A stretch of DNA of 64,000 nucleotides from Clostridiales bacterium (GTDB lineage: Bacteria; Bacillota; Clostridia; Oscillospirales; CAG-272), in NCBI GenBank assembly GCA_016282315.1, contig JAEEKG010000096.1:4447-68446 (forward strand), in the 5' to 3' direction. Positions 18,089 through 28,112 of this stretch are shown here, piece after piece. The notes below the pieces were generated by a model. That model worked only from the letters and a program-made list of their open reading frames with translations. It did not search any database and had not been told where the DNA came from. The first letter of the stretch is position 1; every line of letters starts with the position of its first letter. The position numbers were made by a program, and so were the translations under genes.

Positions 18089-20017
18089 ATGGTCTTATTG
18101 AGTGCTAATTCAATATGTGTTTCTTTTGGAACCAACACCATACTCGACAATGTCAATTTTTCAATCAATGAAGATGACAGATTAGGCGTTGTCGGAATTA
18201 ATGGTGCTGGCAAAACTACGTTGGCCAGAATAATTGCCAAAGAGAATGAACCTACATCGGGAAACATCTTTATTGCAAAGAACAAAACAATAGGTTACCT
18301 AGCCCAAAATGCAATAATAGAAAGCAATCTCAATGTGTTTGATGAAATGCTGCTTGCTTTTCCCGAAGCCTATGCTATAGACAATCGCCTAGAAGAAATC
18401 GAAAGAAAACTCAACGAATCAAAGGAAGATTATCTCATAAACGAATACTCTGCTTTGACCGAAAAGTTTTCAATTATAGGCGGATATGAGTATAAATCCA
18501 GAGCAAAATCAACTCTTGAAAAATTTGGTTTTGATGAATCTTTCTGGAAGAAAAATATCAGCACTTTGTCAGGAGGAGAAAGAACAAGATTGGCGTTGGT
18601 AAAAGTCTTATTATCAGAGCCTGATCTCTTGATATTGGATGAACCTACAAACCACCTGGACATAAGCACGATTGAGTGGTTGGAGTCACATTTGAGCAAT
18701 TATCCAAAGTCAATGATTGTTATTTCCCATGACAGATATTTTCTGGATAAAGTCACAAACAAGACTCTTGAATTATCCAACACTCATGCTCACTTGTATA
18801 ATGGAAACTACTCTTTCTATGAAAACCAGAAATTTGAGGATGAAAAAGCTCTTCAAAAGAAATATGATCAGCAACAAAAAGAAATAAGCCGTATTGAGGC
18901 TATCATAGAACAACAGCGCAGATGGGGACAAGAACACAACTTCATCACCATAAAAAGCAAGGAAAAGCAAATCGAACACATGGACCTTGTCTCTGCTCCC
19001 GAAAAGAAAGCCAAGGAAATGAGCATGAAGTTCTCGAAAGCTACGACAAGTGCTAATGATGTTTTGATAGTTGAAAAACTCGGCAAGAAATACGGGAGTA
19101 AATCTATTTTCAGCAATATGTCTTTCACACTTAAAAGAAATGACAGAATGCTTGTAATCGGTCCCAATGGAAGCGGCAAAAGCACTTTGATGAAAATAAT
19201 AGGTGGAATTGATGACAACTATTCCGGTGAATTTGTGTTGGGCCACAATGTCCTGAGTGCGTATTTCAGCCAGGAGTTAGACAATTTGGATCCATCCAAC
19301 ACGATAATCGGAGAAATCATTGAAGCATATCCTAACTTAAAGAATCAAGAGATACGCTCTGCACTTGCCAAATTCTTGTTTGGCCCGGATGACATTAACA
19401 AACAAATAGATTTGCTGTCAGGCGGAGAAAAAGCAAGACTTTCTTTTTGTAAGATGATGCTTTCAAAGATAAACTTTTTGATTTTGGATGAACCTACAAA
19501 CAATCTTGATATCGCATCTAAAGAAATCCTTGAAAACGCTTTGATGAATTTAGATGGAACTATTCTGGCAGTGTCTCACGACAGATACTTCATCAACAAA
19601 CTTGCGACCAGAATAATTGAAATTGACAACGAAAACGTTATAGTCTTCAACGACAATTACAGCGCATTTACAGATTACAAAACCAAGCGACAGGAAAAGC
19701 AAAGCATATCGAGCGAAGTAGCAAAAGAAAAAACTTCAAACAAAATAGATTTTGAGAACAACAAAAAGCTTCTTTCTGACATCAGAAAAAACGAAAACAA
19801 AATTCAAAGATCTGAAAAAGAAATTGAAGAATTGGAATCTTTGAAAGAGGAATTAAATCAACAGATTAATGACAATTCTGACAACTATCAAAAGTTGACT
19901 GAAATATATAACAAAATCACCGAAATTGATAATAGAATCGAATTTCTATTCAACGAAATTGAAGATGCTGAGCAGATGCTGGCAAAATGTCGAGGTGAAG
20001 GCAATGACCAACAATAA
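18089..20017 (+). CDS. ABC-F family ATPase (two NBDs, no TM domain, C-terminal coiled coil)
   Basis: Two Walker A motifs (GINGAGKTT, GPNGSGKST), two LSGGE signatures and an inter-domain linker. AGAGGG lies 5 nt before ATG 18089; the track start 18062 is probably too early. Confidence 0.9.
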   Translation: MVLLSANSICVSFGTNTILDNVNFSINEDDRLGVVGINGAGKTTLARIIAKENEPTSGNIFIAKNKTIGYLAQNAIIESNLNVFDEMLLAFPEAYAIDNRLEEIERKLNESKEDYLINEYSALTEKFSIIGGYEYKSRAKSTLEKFGFDESFWKKNISTLSGGERTRLALVKVLLSEPDLLILDEPTNHLDISTIEWLESHLSNYPKSMIVISHDRYFLDKVTNKTLELSNTHAHLYNGNYSFYENQKFEDEKALQKKYDQQQKEISRIEAIIEQQRRWGQEHNFITIKSKEKQIEHMDLVSAPEKKAKEMSMKFSKATTSANDVLIVEKLGKKYGSKSIFSNMSFTLKRNDRMLVIGPNGSGKSTLMKIIGGIDDNYSGEFVLGHNVLSAYFSQELDNLDPSNTIIGEIIEAYPNLKNQEIRSALAKFLFGPDDINKQIDLLSGGEKARLSFCKMMLSKINFLILDEPTNNLDIASKEILENALMNLDGTILAVSHDRYFINKLATRIIEIDNENVIVFNDNYSAFTDYKTKRQEKQSISSEVAKEKTSNKIDFENNKKLLSDIRKNENKIQRSEKEIEELESLKEELNQQINDNSDNYQKLTEIYNKITEIDNRIEFLFNEIEDAEQMLAKCRGEGNDQQ

Positions 20018-21245
20018 TGTTGCTATAATAGGCGGAGGGGCTTCCGGTCTCTTCTCTGCATGCAGACTTATTCAAATGGGCATTATCCCGACCATTTTTG
20101 AACCAAATCAATTGCTTGGAATGAAATTGGGTATCACCGGCAAAGGCCGCTGCAATGTAACAAATAATTGTTCGGTCAGCGAATTCATGGAAAACATTGT
20201 AAGCAATCCTAAGTTCATGTTTTCTTCTCTAAACAAATTAACACCACAGCAAACCATGGAGTTTTTCGAACAGCTTGGTGTTCCTTTGAAAACCGAGCGC
20301 GGAAGAAGAGTCTTTCCCGTCTCCGATAAGGCCACAGATATTGTACTGGCTATGAAGAATTTCCTAGTGAAGCACGGTTGCGTAATAAAAAATGAACGTG
20401 TCAAATCTTTTGATTCAAAAGAAGATACGATTATTCGGATAAACACTGACAAAGGTTCATACTCAAGCTTTGATAACATCATAATCTGCACCGGAGGACT
20501 ATCTTATCCCAAAACGGGATCGACGGGGGATGGGTATGCATTGGCTAAATCAGTAGGCCACACTATTACCGATTTGTCACCATCGTTAATTCCGCTTGAA
20601 TGTTATGAAGAGTCATGCAGGATAATGATGGGATTAGCGTTGAAGAATACCGGTGTAAAAGTATTTAACAACGAACAAAAAATGGTGTATAATGATTTTG
20701 GTGAAGTACTGTTTACACACTTTGGATTAAGCGGACCCACTATATTGTCTGCTTCAACTCACATGCATCCAATGGAGCCAAAAAAGTATACTGTGAGTCT
20801 TGATCTTAAGCCTGCTCTCAATGAAGAAACTTTGGACAAGAGACTATTGTCGGATTTTTCAAAGTTTTCAAACAAAAGCATCAACAATGCTCTTGGCGAG
20901 TTATTGCCGAACAAACTGATCTCTCCTTTCATTGACTTTTGTCAGATAGATAAAACGAAAAAAGCAAACTCTATCACATCATCGGAGAGAAAAGCTTTGG
21001 TAAAAGGCTTAAAAAATTACAAATTTACAGTAAAAGGGTTCAGACCCATTTCAGAGGCAATGGTTACACGCGGAGGCGTAAAGGTTTCCGAAATTAACCC
21101 TGTCACGATGAAATCTAAGATTTGCAACAATTTGTATTTTGCAGGAGAAGTAATTGATGTAGATGCTTATACAGGCGGATATAGCCTTCAAATAGCATTT
21201 TCTACTGCTAATGCAGCAGCTACTGCAATAAGTGAACTAAGTTAA
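20004..21245 (+). CDS. FAD-dependent oxidoreductase, HI0933/BaiN family
   Basis: VAIIGGGASGLF dinucleotide-binding motif and C-terminal GGYSLQ motif. Start moved to ATG 20004 (GAGGTGAAGG upstream); it overlaps the ABC-F stop by 14 nt. Confidence 0.8.
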   Translation: MTNNNVAIIGGGASGLFSACRLIQMGIIPTIFEPNQLLGMKLGITGKGRCNVTNNCSVSEFMENIVSNPKFMFSSLNKLTPQQTMEFFEQLGVPLKTERGRRVFPVSDKATDIVLAMKNFLVKHGCVIKNERVKSFDSKEDTIIRINTDKGSYSSFDNIIICTGGLSYPKTGSTGDGYALAKSVGHTITDLSPSLIPLECYEESCRIMMGLALKNTGVKVFNNEQKMVYNDFGEVLFTHFGLSGPTILSASTHMHPMEPKKYTVSLDLKPALNEETLDKRLLSDFSKFSNKSINNALGELLPNKLISPFIDFCQIDKTKKANSITSSERKALVKGLKNYKFTVKGFRPISEAMVTRGGVKVSEINPVTMKSKICNNLYFAGEVIDVDAYTGGYSLQIAFSTANAAATAISELS

Positions 21246-21278
21246 CAAACACATTTTGAATTAGATTGGAGAATTAAC

Positions 21279-21944
21279 ATGTATAGCATAGCAATAGATG
21301 GACCATCAGGCGCTGGAAAAAGCACTGTAGCTGACATACTCGCAGAAGAATTGGGATTTGTTCACGTAGACACAGGTGCTATGTACAGAACAATAGGCCT
21401 CTACCTGTTAAGAAACCAAATTGATCCTTCTGATGAAACAGCAGTATCAGAATGCCTGAAAAAACTAACCCTTGATGTTGAATACATTGATAAAAAACAA
21501 CATGTTTATCTCAATGGTGAAGATGTTACTCCTTTCATAAGAACTAATGAAGTTTCAACATATGCATCAAAATCTTCTGCATTAAAACCCGTAAGAGATT
21601 TCCTTCTAGATGCTCAGAGAAATGTAGCGAAAAAATATAACGTAATCATGGATGGTCGCGATATTGGAACAGTAATCCTGCCAAATGCCGATGTTAAGTT
21701 TTTCATGAGTGCATCAACTGAATCAAGAGCTGCCAGAAGACACAAAGAGCTACTGGAAAAAGGTGAAAGCATAACCTATGAAGAGGTTCTCTCTTCAATG
21801 CTTGAAAGAGATAAAAACGACAGCACAAGAAAAATAGCACCTGCTATTCCTGCTGAAGATTCAGTACCTTTAGATAACTCAGGAGCAATAGAAGAGACAA
21901 TAGAATATGCCAGAAAGGTAATCAAAGGAAAAATCACATTATGA
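21279..21944 (+). CDS. cmk: cytidylate kinase
   Basis: IAIDGPSGAGKST and DTGAMYR motifs. Confidence 0.95.
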   Translation: MYSIAIDGPSGAGKSTVADILAEELGFVHVDTGAMYRTIGLYLLRNQIDPSDETAVSECLKKLTLDVEYIDKKQHVYLNGEDVTPFIRTNEVSTYASKSSALKPVRDFLLDAQRNVAKKYNVIMDGRDIGTVILPNADVKFFMSASTESRAARRHKELLEKGESITYEEVLSSMLERDKNDSTRKIAPAIPAEDSVPLDNSGAIEETIEYARKVIKGKITL

Positions 21945-22573
21945 AAGTTTTGTACTTTATCGCAAAATATCTTGTGATAATTCCTTTTTGCAAAATATTC
22001 TTTTGGTTGAATATTGAAGGCAAAAAGAATCTACCTAAAAAAGGCGGATATATACTTGCCTGCAACCATCAAAGCACTTTAGATGTAATCTTCTTAATGT
22101 GTTTATGCAGGCATCAGGTCCACTTCATAGCAAAAAAGGAATTGTTCAAAAACAAATTCATCGCCAAGATTCTTCGAGGAGCAGGCATTATACCGGTAGA
22201 CAGAACTTCTGTTTTATCAGGTTATTCTTCCCTTAATGAAGCAATTCATTACTTAAAGAATGACAAGGTTGTTGCCATTTTCCCTCAAGGTACAAGATGT
22301 AAGGGGCAAAACCCAATGTCAACAAACATCAAAAGCGGAGTTTCAGTAATGGCGAAGTGGGGCAATAAGCAAGTTGTTCCGATCTTTATAAAAACCAAAG
22401 GATACAAAACAAAGTTATTCCATAAAGCATCTGTATTTATTGGTCAACCAATTACATATCAGGATGACCCCAACAAGAACCAAATTGAAAATTACAGGAT
22501 TTTTGCCAAGGACGTAATGCTTTCAATTTGTTCATTCGATAACACTAACAATGAAGAAAATAATAAGAGCTGA
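21941..22573 (+). CDS. plsC: 1-acyl-sn-glycerol-3-phosphate acyltransferase
   Basis: NHQSTLD (HX4D) and FPQGTR motifs. ATGA overlap with cmk. Confidence 0.85.
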   Translation: MKVLYFIAKYLVIIPFCKIFFWLNIEGKKNLPKKGGYILACNHQSTLDVIFLMCLCRHQVHFIAKKELFKNKFIAKILRGAGIIPVDRTSVLSGYSSLNEAIHYLKNDKVVAIFPQGTRCKGQNPMSTNIKSGVSVMAKWGNKQVVPIFIKTKGYKTKLFHKASVFIGQPITYQDDPNKNQIENYRIFAKDVMLSICSFDNTNNEENNKS

Positions 22574-23441
22574 ACACTCCGGATTCTGTTTTGGAGTTAA
22601 GAGAGCTGTAGATCAAGTTCTTAACCTCAGAAATCAATACAAAGACAAACGAATCATAATAGTCGGAGAATTAATACACAATAGTGTTTTTATAGATAGG
22701 CTGCATAAACAAAACATTGAAACAATCGAAGAAGATCGATTGAAAGAATTGTTGAAGAACAAACCTTTGAATGCGGTTGTAATCATCAGAACACACGGGA
22801 TTCAAAAAAGCATATCAGACTTGTTGAATCAGGCAAAAGGAATCGACTCTACTCTCGAAGTTGTTGACTGTACATGTCCATTCGTAAAAAAGATATATGG
22901 CATAATGCAAGACAACACAAGCGATGAGACTTTCACAATACTGTTTGGAAACCAGAATCATCCCGAAACTATAGGTACATCCAGCTTCATAACTGGGCCA
23001 TACAAAATAGTTTCCTCGTTTGATGAAGCAAAAGAATATTTTGAAACAACCGATGTCTTAAAGTATAAAGGCACTATCGTAGTGGCAGCACAAACCACAC
23101 AGAATCATGATGAGTTGTTAAAGATCAAAAATCTTCTCTTTTCCTATAGACCGGATTCTTTGTTTTTTGACACAATATGCAATGTTACTGAACAGCGCCA
23201 ACGTGAAATTGATACATTGAGCAAGAACTGCGATGAAGTGATAGTTGTAGGAAGCAATAAGAGTTCAAACACTCAGAAGCTTTATCACATAGCTTTGGCA
23301 AATTGCGAAAAATCTTTCTTAGTCAATGACAAAAATAATCTACCTGAAGAAGCATTTATTGATGACGGAACAATAGTTGTGATAGCAGGCGCTTCTACAC
23401 CGGACGACTTGATAGAAGGCGTCATAGAAGCCTTAAAGTAA
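22551..23441 (+). CDS. ispH: 4-hydroxy-3-methylbut-2-enyl diphosphate reductase
   Basis: GFCFGVKRAV, conserved Cys residues, and SSNTQKL near the C-terminus. Located upstream of rpsA, as in many Firmicutes. Confidence 0.9.
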   Translation: MKKIIRAEHSGFCFGVKRAVDQVLNLRNQYKDKRIIIVGELIHNSVFIDRLHKQNIETIEEDRLKELLKNKPLNAVVIIRTHGIQKSISDLLNQAKGIDSTLEVVDCTCPFVKKIYGIMQDNTSDETFTILFGNQNHPETIGTSSFITGPYKIVSSFDEAKEYFETTDVLKYKGTIVVAAQTTQNHDELLKIKNLLFSYRPDSLFFDTICNVTEQRQREIDTLSKNCDEVIVVGSNKSSNTQKLYHIALANCEKSFLVNDKNNLPEEAFIDDGTIVVIAGASTPDDLIEGVIEALK

Positions 23442-23671
23442 TTAAAATGCTGTTTATTTAAATAATTTTTGTATTTTTCTATATACAAAGATATTTTTTT
23501 TTGATAGAATAAGAAATGGTTATGAAAAAGTGCCAAGTGTACTTATGTGGCATCGCTCGCAACATATGTATGATACATTGGCTTGCTTTTATCATGATAA
23601 ATCAAGTTAACATCTAAGACCGTAGGTGTTACACCAGAATAACTGGTTATCTTAGAGGAGGTAAAACAATA

Positions 23672-24967
23672 ATGAGCGAAGAGAGTTTTGAAAAATTACT
23701 CGAAGAAAACGGCGTCAAGACTATAAGAACTGGCGACGTTGTTGATGGTTATGTTATAGCTGTCACAAATAACGAGGTAAAGGTAGACCTCGGCAACAAA
23801 TGCACTGGAACAATCAAGATTGAAGATGTTACAGATGACCCAAGTGTTTCACTTGAAGACAGATTCAAAGTTGGAGACATGATCAGTGCCATTGCTGTCA
23901 GAGTTAGCGATATTGATGGTATCGTTGTACTCAATACTAAAAAAATCGAGGCTATTAACAGTTGGAACACTGTTAAAGAAGCTAAGGAAAACAACACTAC
24001 TCTTGAAGGAAAAGTCGTAGAAGCTAATAAAGGAGGAGTTGTTGTTCGAGTAAACTCTCAGCGCATTTTCGTCCCTGCTTCACAAACCGGCCTTCCTAAA
24101 GACGCAGACATCAACACTCTTGTTGGAACAACTCAAAAACTTAAAGTGTTAGAAATCAAAGACGGACGCAAGATTGTTGGTTCTATCAAAAAAGTTCTGA
24201 ATGAAGAACTCAAGGAAAAAAGATCTGAATTCTGGAGCACAATCGAAGTTGGCAAGCATTATGAAGGTGTAGTTAAGAACCTCACATCTTATGGTGTATT
24301 CGTTGATCTCGGCGGTGTTGACGGAATGGTTCACAGCACTGAACTTTCATGGAAACATGTAGCTAATCCAAAGGATTTCGTCAGTGTTGGCGATAAGCTC
24401 GATGTCTTTGTAAAGAGCTTCGATGCTGAAAAAGGCAGAATCTCTCTCGGACACAGAACAGATGAAACAAATCCTTGGAACATCTTCAAAGAGAACTACA
24501 AGCTTGATGATGTTATTTCAGTAACAGTATCTTCAATTATGCCTTATGGCGCATTTGCCACAATTATTGATGGTATTGATGGCTTGATTCACATTTCTCA
24601 GATTGCTAACAAGAAATTAAAATCTCCTGCTGACGTCCTCAAAAAGGGCCAGGTAGTTGATGCTAAGATAGTTGGCATTGATGAAGAACAGAAACGTGTA
24701 AGCCTGTCAATCAGAGCTCTTCTCCCAGAAGAAGAACAGACAGAAGAAGTTGAAGAAGCTGCTGAAGAAGTAACAGAAGCTCCTGTTGAAGAAACTCCTG
24801 CTGCAGAAACACCTGTTGAAGAAGCTCCAGCTGAAGAAACACCAGTTGAAACAGCTCCTACTGAAACAACAGAAGTAGTTGAAGAAGCTCCAAAGAAAAA
24901 GAGAGCTACAAGAAAAAAAGCTGCTGAAGCCCAAGTAGAAGAAGCAACAGAAGAAAAAGCTGAATAA
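23672..24967 (+). CDS. rpsA: 30S ribosomal protein S1 (four S1 domains) with an acidic E/A/P/T-rich C-terminal tail
   Basis: Repeated S1 motifs (GVVKNLTSYGVFVDLGGVDGMVH, YGAFATIIDGIDGLIHISQ). GAGGAGG SD upstream. Confidence 0.9.
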   Translation: MSEESFEKLLEENGVKTIRTGDVVDGYVIAVTNNEVKVDLGNKCTGTIKIEDVTDDPSVSLEDRFKVGDMISAIAVRVSDIDGIVVLNTKKIEAINSWNTVKEAKENNTTLEGKVVEANKGGVVVRVNSQRIFVPASQTGLPKDADINTLVGTTQKLKVLEIKDGRKIVGSIKKVLNEELKEKRSEFWSTIEVGKHYEGVVKNLTSYGVFVDLGGVDGMVHSTELSWKHVANPKDFVSVGDKLDVFVKSFDAEKGRISLGHRTDETNPWNIFKENYKLDDVISVTVSSIMPYGAFATIIDGIDGLIHISQIANKKLKSPADVLKKGQVVDAKIVGIDEEQKRVSLSIRALLPEEEQTEEVEEAAEEVTEAPVEETPAAETPVEEAPAEETPVETAPTETTEVVEEAPKKKRATRKKAAEAQVEEATEEKAE

Positions 24968-24997
24968 TTCAGCATTATCCATAAAATTAAAAGCAAA

Positions 24998-25027
24998 TAC
25001 GACGGAATAAAATCCGTCGTATTTTTT
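24998..25027. terminator. bidirectional rho-independent terminator between rpsA and tmcAL
   Basis: TACGACGGA / TCCGTCGTA 9-bp stem, A-run before and TTTTTT after. Confidence 0.8.
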
Positions 25028-25061
25028 GTTATATTTCTGTATTCGGAGCAAATTGTCAGAA

Positions 25062-26210
25062 TCACAGAACAAATGGAGATTTTTTAATCTCTGCTCCTGA
25101 TTCTTTTATGTTACAGAGAGATAGATTCCAAATTGAATCAGCTTTTATTAAATCCTCAAAGCTCTCTGAAACTTCTCTGCCATATTCTTTGTAATCAGCT
25201 TGTTTTGTTATTATTGGAATACATATTCTTTTCTTGTTTTGTTTTATAAGTTGTCTACCCGTGTCATTCATGCCAAGCAATGTTGTAAAACAAGGAACAT
25301 TTATTGAATCTTTTTTAATGTTCAAAGTTGACATCAAAAGCGATCTCATAATCTTTGATTCAGAGTATATTTTGGTTTTTACATCTTCTATAAGCTCACT
25401 GCAAGCAACAGATTTGTTTACAGCAGTTATTATCCTATTTGCAAGTTCTTCATTTGTCTCAGCACAATCCAAAATATCTCCCGATTTTTTCATTCTGAGA
25501 ATTGATTGATACGAATAAAAGAGTTTTTCCATAACAGAATAATACCCTTTTTCATATTCTTTACTCAAAATTGAATAAACATAGGCAGGTACTGAGCTTT
25601 CGATATTTTTTATACAATTGTTAATCGTAGACCTGATGCTTTTTGATGACAAAAAGCCTTTTCCTTCTAGATCGTTTGTATTCATTCCCACTCTCTTAAC
25701 TGCGACGGGCTGAATAGTGCTCTTTTGAGTTATTATTTCCTTTATGTAACCAACGCCCAGAATGTCATTAGAAGACAATTCTTCACTGTTGTATGTTTCA
25801 GACAATCTCACTCCGCCCTTAGACAATGATTCATTCTGGATTGCCTTATATTCATCTGTCAGAAAATACTCTGCTTTCCTTTTTAAGCTTTCAACATCTC
25901 CGCTTTCGCTGCCAAAAGCCAGATAATCTATAAATCCAAGTTTGTCTGCGATGTTTACTCCTGCGCGGCAAAAAACGTCCGCATTGCAACTTGAGTATGG
26001 GAATGGTAGTTCTAATACCAGGTCTGCACCGCCTTTAATAGCCATCTCTGCCCTGCTGTATTTGGACACAATAGCAGGTATTCCCCTTTGAGTGAAGTTC
26101 CCGCTCATAATGCAAACAACGCTGTAGCCATCCTTTTTCAATTGGGATATCTGATACTCATGGCCAAAATGGAACGGATTGTATTCACATATTACAGCGC
26201 ATGCTTTCAT
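25062..26210 (-). CDS. tmcAL: tRNA(Met) cytidine acetate ligase (YlbM/UPF0348 nucleotidyltransferase)
   Basis: N-terminus AVICEYNPFHFGHEYQI is characteristic of TmcAL/YlbM. Confidence 0.85.
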   Translation of the reverse strand: MKACAVICEYNPFHFGHEYQISQLKKDGYSVVCIMSGNFTQRGIPAIVSKYSRAEMAIKGGADLVLELPFPYSSCNADVFCRAGVNIADKLGFIDYLAFGSESGDVESLKRKAEYFLTDEYKAIQNESLSKGGVRLSETYNSEELSSNDILGVGYIKEIITQKSTIQPVAVKRVGMNTNDLEGKGFLSSKSIRSTINNCIKNIESSVPAYVYSILSKEYEKGYYSVMEKLFYSYQSILRMKKSGDILDCAETNEELANRIITAVNKSVACSELIEDVKTKIYSESKIMRSLLMSTLNIKKDSINVPCFTTLLGMNDTGRQLIKQNKKRICIPIITKQADYKEYGREVSESFEDLIKADSIWNLSLCNIKESGAEIKKSPFVL

Positions 26211-26287
26211 AAGCGGCCTCCTTGGATTTATCTTTGATGTCTCTATTATATATTTTCATCTTTCTCCAATCAACCACAAAACAATCG

Positions 26288-26316
26288 TTGAAAACTACTT
26301 TGTGTTAATGTATAAT
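26288..26316 (+). promoter_or_regulatory. sigma-A type promoter for ackA
   Basis: TTGAAA (26288-26293), 17-nt spacer, TATAAT (26311-26316). Confidence 0.6.
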
Positions 26317-26368
26317 TGTGACGGTCAAAAATTTCATCCCGATGTAAGCGGGACTTTGGAGGTAATAA

Positions 26369-27574
26369 ATGTACGTATTAGTTATTAACGCAGGAAGTTC
26401 ATCATTGAAGTATCAGCTCCTTGATACAGAAAGCGGCAATTACATTGGAAAAGGACTATGTGAAAGAATCGGTATTGACGGCAAAATCGAGCACAAACAG
26501 GCAGATGGAACCAAAACCGTAAAAGTAGTTGATATTCCAAATCACACAGTTGCCATGAAGTATGTTGTCGAAGCGCTTACTGATCCGGTAATCGGATGCA
26601 TTAAGAGCATGGATGAGATCCAGGCAGTAGGACACAGAATTGTATCAGGCGGACCATATTTCTTTGAGAGTTGCTTATTGACAGATGAAGTATTGGAAAA
26701 ACTTAAACTCTGCAGAGATTTCGCTCCTCTTCATACAGATGCCGGTTTAATGGGAATTAATGGTTGTCTTCAGGTTATGAAGAACGTTCCACAGGTACTT
26801 GTATTTGATACTGCATTCCATCAAACAATGCCTGAGAAAGCATATTTCTATCCAATTTCTTATGATATTGCGACAAAATACAACATACGTAAATATGGCT
26901 ATCACGGCACTTCACATAAATTCGTTTCTAAAGAAATGATCAAGATTCTCGGCAAACCTGCTGAAGAAACAAAAATTGTCACTTGCCATATAGGAAATGG
27001 AGCTTCAATAGCAGCTGTATGCGGTGGAAAAGTAATTGATACCACCATGGGCTTTACTCCTCTTGCAGGCATCGAAATGGGCACCAGATGCGGTTCAATC
27101 GATCCATCAGTAGTTACCTATATAATGGAAAAAGAAAACATGACTCCTGAACAGATGAATACATACATGAATAAAAAATGCGGATTCCTTGGTGTTTCCG
27201 GTGTTTCTTCTGACAGCCGCGACATAGAAGCAGGAATATTGAATGGTGACAAGAGATGTGAATTGGCTGCAAATATAATCGCTTATCAGGTACAAAAATA
27301 CATTGGTGCATATGCTGCTGCCATGAACGGACTTGACGCTGTTGTTTTCACAGCTGGTATGGGAGAAAACAACCCTGAACTCCGTGAAAGAGCTTGCACA
27401 AACATGGAATTCTTGGGAATTAAAATTGACAACGAACTTAATGCAAAAACTCACCATCAACCAAACAATGTAAAATTGTCAACTGATGAATCAAGAGTTC
27501 AGGTATATGTAATACCAACAAACGAAGAATTGGCTATCGCAAGAGATGCAGAAGCAATCGTAAAATCTCTATAA
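26369..27574 (+). CDS. ackA: acetate kinase
   Basis: VLVINAGSSSLKYQL, GHRIVSGG, YGYHGTSH, PTNEELAIA motifs. Confidence 0.95.
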   Translation: MYVLVINAGSSSLKYQLLDTESGNYIGKGLCERIGIDGKIEHKQADGTKTVKVVDIPNHTVAMKYVVEALTDPVIGCIKSMDEIQAVGHRIVSGGPYFFESCLLTDEVLEKLKLCRDFAPLHTDAGLMGINGCLQVMKNVPQVLVFDTAFHQTMPEKAYFYPISYDIATKYNIRKYGYHGTSHKFVSKEMIKILGKPAEETKIVTCHIGNGASIAAVCGGKVIDTTMGFTPLAGIEMGTRCGSIDPSVVTYIMEKENMTPEQMNTYMNKKCGFLGVSGVSSDSRDIEAGILNGDKRCELAANIIAYQVQKYIGAYAAAMNGLDAVVFTAGMGENNPELRERACTNMEFLGIKIDNELNAKTHHQPNNVKLSTDESRVQVYVIPTNEELAIARDAEAIVKSL

Positions 27575-27582
27575 TAACGACA

Positions 27583-27614
27583 AGAGGCAGAATGAATTCT
27601 GCCTCTCTTTTTTC
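27583..27614 (+). terminator. rho-independent terminator of ackA
   Basis: AGAGGCAGAAT / ATTCTGCCTCT stem followed by CTTTTTT. Confidence 0.8.
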
Positions 27615-27645
27615 AAAAAAACTCGTGTTTGGGCACGAGTTTTTT
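27614..27645. terminator. second, bidirectional hairpin that serves the convergent small membrane protein gene
   Basis: A7, then ACTCGTG / CACGAGT stem, then T5. Confidence 0.6.
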
Positions 27646-27649
27646 GTAT

Positions 27650-27886
27650 TTATTTTGCACCAAACAATGAAGCTATTCCTGCAAAACCTCCTGTAGCAAG
27701 AACAATTATCAAGATAATAATTGCCAACAAGATGACAAAGCAGAAATACGATCTTGCAAAATTTCTCTTGTTTATGTTGCGAGCACCGATTGCGTGAATT
27801 ATTAAAAAGACTAAACCAACAATCGGTATTGAATACAAAATTTCAAGTGCCAAATATTTCCAAGGGCTAATTGGGGTGTTATCCAT
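27650..27886 (-). CDS. small membrane protein (78 aa, 2 TM), function unknown
   Basis: AGGAGA lies 6 nt upstream of ATG at 27886, and there are two hydrophobic helices. The first 29 codons in the track lack an SD. Confidence 0.55.
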   Translation of the reverse strand: MDNTPISPWKYLALEILYSIPIVGLVFLIIHAIGARNINKRNFARSYFCFVILLAIIILIIVLATGGFAGIASLFGAK

Positions 27887-28112
27887 ACAAGAATCTCCTA
27901 ATACATTGCTTATTTGGAAAGTTCTATTTCCGAATTCTAATATATCACAATGGTCACTTGTTTTCAACCACATGCAATTAATAATATATGAGTTTTTTAT
28001 ACTTTATATTATGTTTTATCTTGAATATTTCGGCGGATTGGTATACTATTAATATGTAAACTGGGGTAGATTGGGATTCAATATAACCCTGCATGAATGA
28101 AAGGATTAAAAA

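Noticed and set aside
19926-20003. The track's N-terminal extension of the BaiN-family flavoprotein. Similar early starts appear at 222 (ferredoxin), 468 (ATP-grasp), 10138 (rpoD), 18062 (ABC-F), 27973 (small membrane protein), 37507 (permease), 56627 (STAS) and 61636 (BNR).
   Set aside because: In each case a downstream ATG has a properly spaced GGAGG-like SD and coincides with the start of the conserved protein sequence. The longer versions add non-conserved residues or overlap the upstream gene.
23442-23671. 230-nt leader upstream of rpsA with several small hairpins (for example TGCCA...TGGCA at ~23531-23553, and GGTG/CACC and CCAG/CTGG near 23625-23648).
   Set aside because: It is AT-rich, the stems are short (4-5 bp), and I recognise no known motif. 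A long S1 leader for autoregulation is plausible, but I cannot support a specific structured element by eye.
24598-25072. Minus-strand ORFs of 155 and 121 aa overlapping the 3' end of rpsA.
   Set aside because: They are antisense to the acidic tail of S1, low-complexity (S/A/F-rich), and cross the rpsA terminator.
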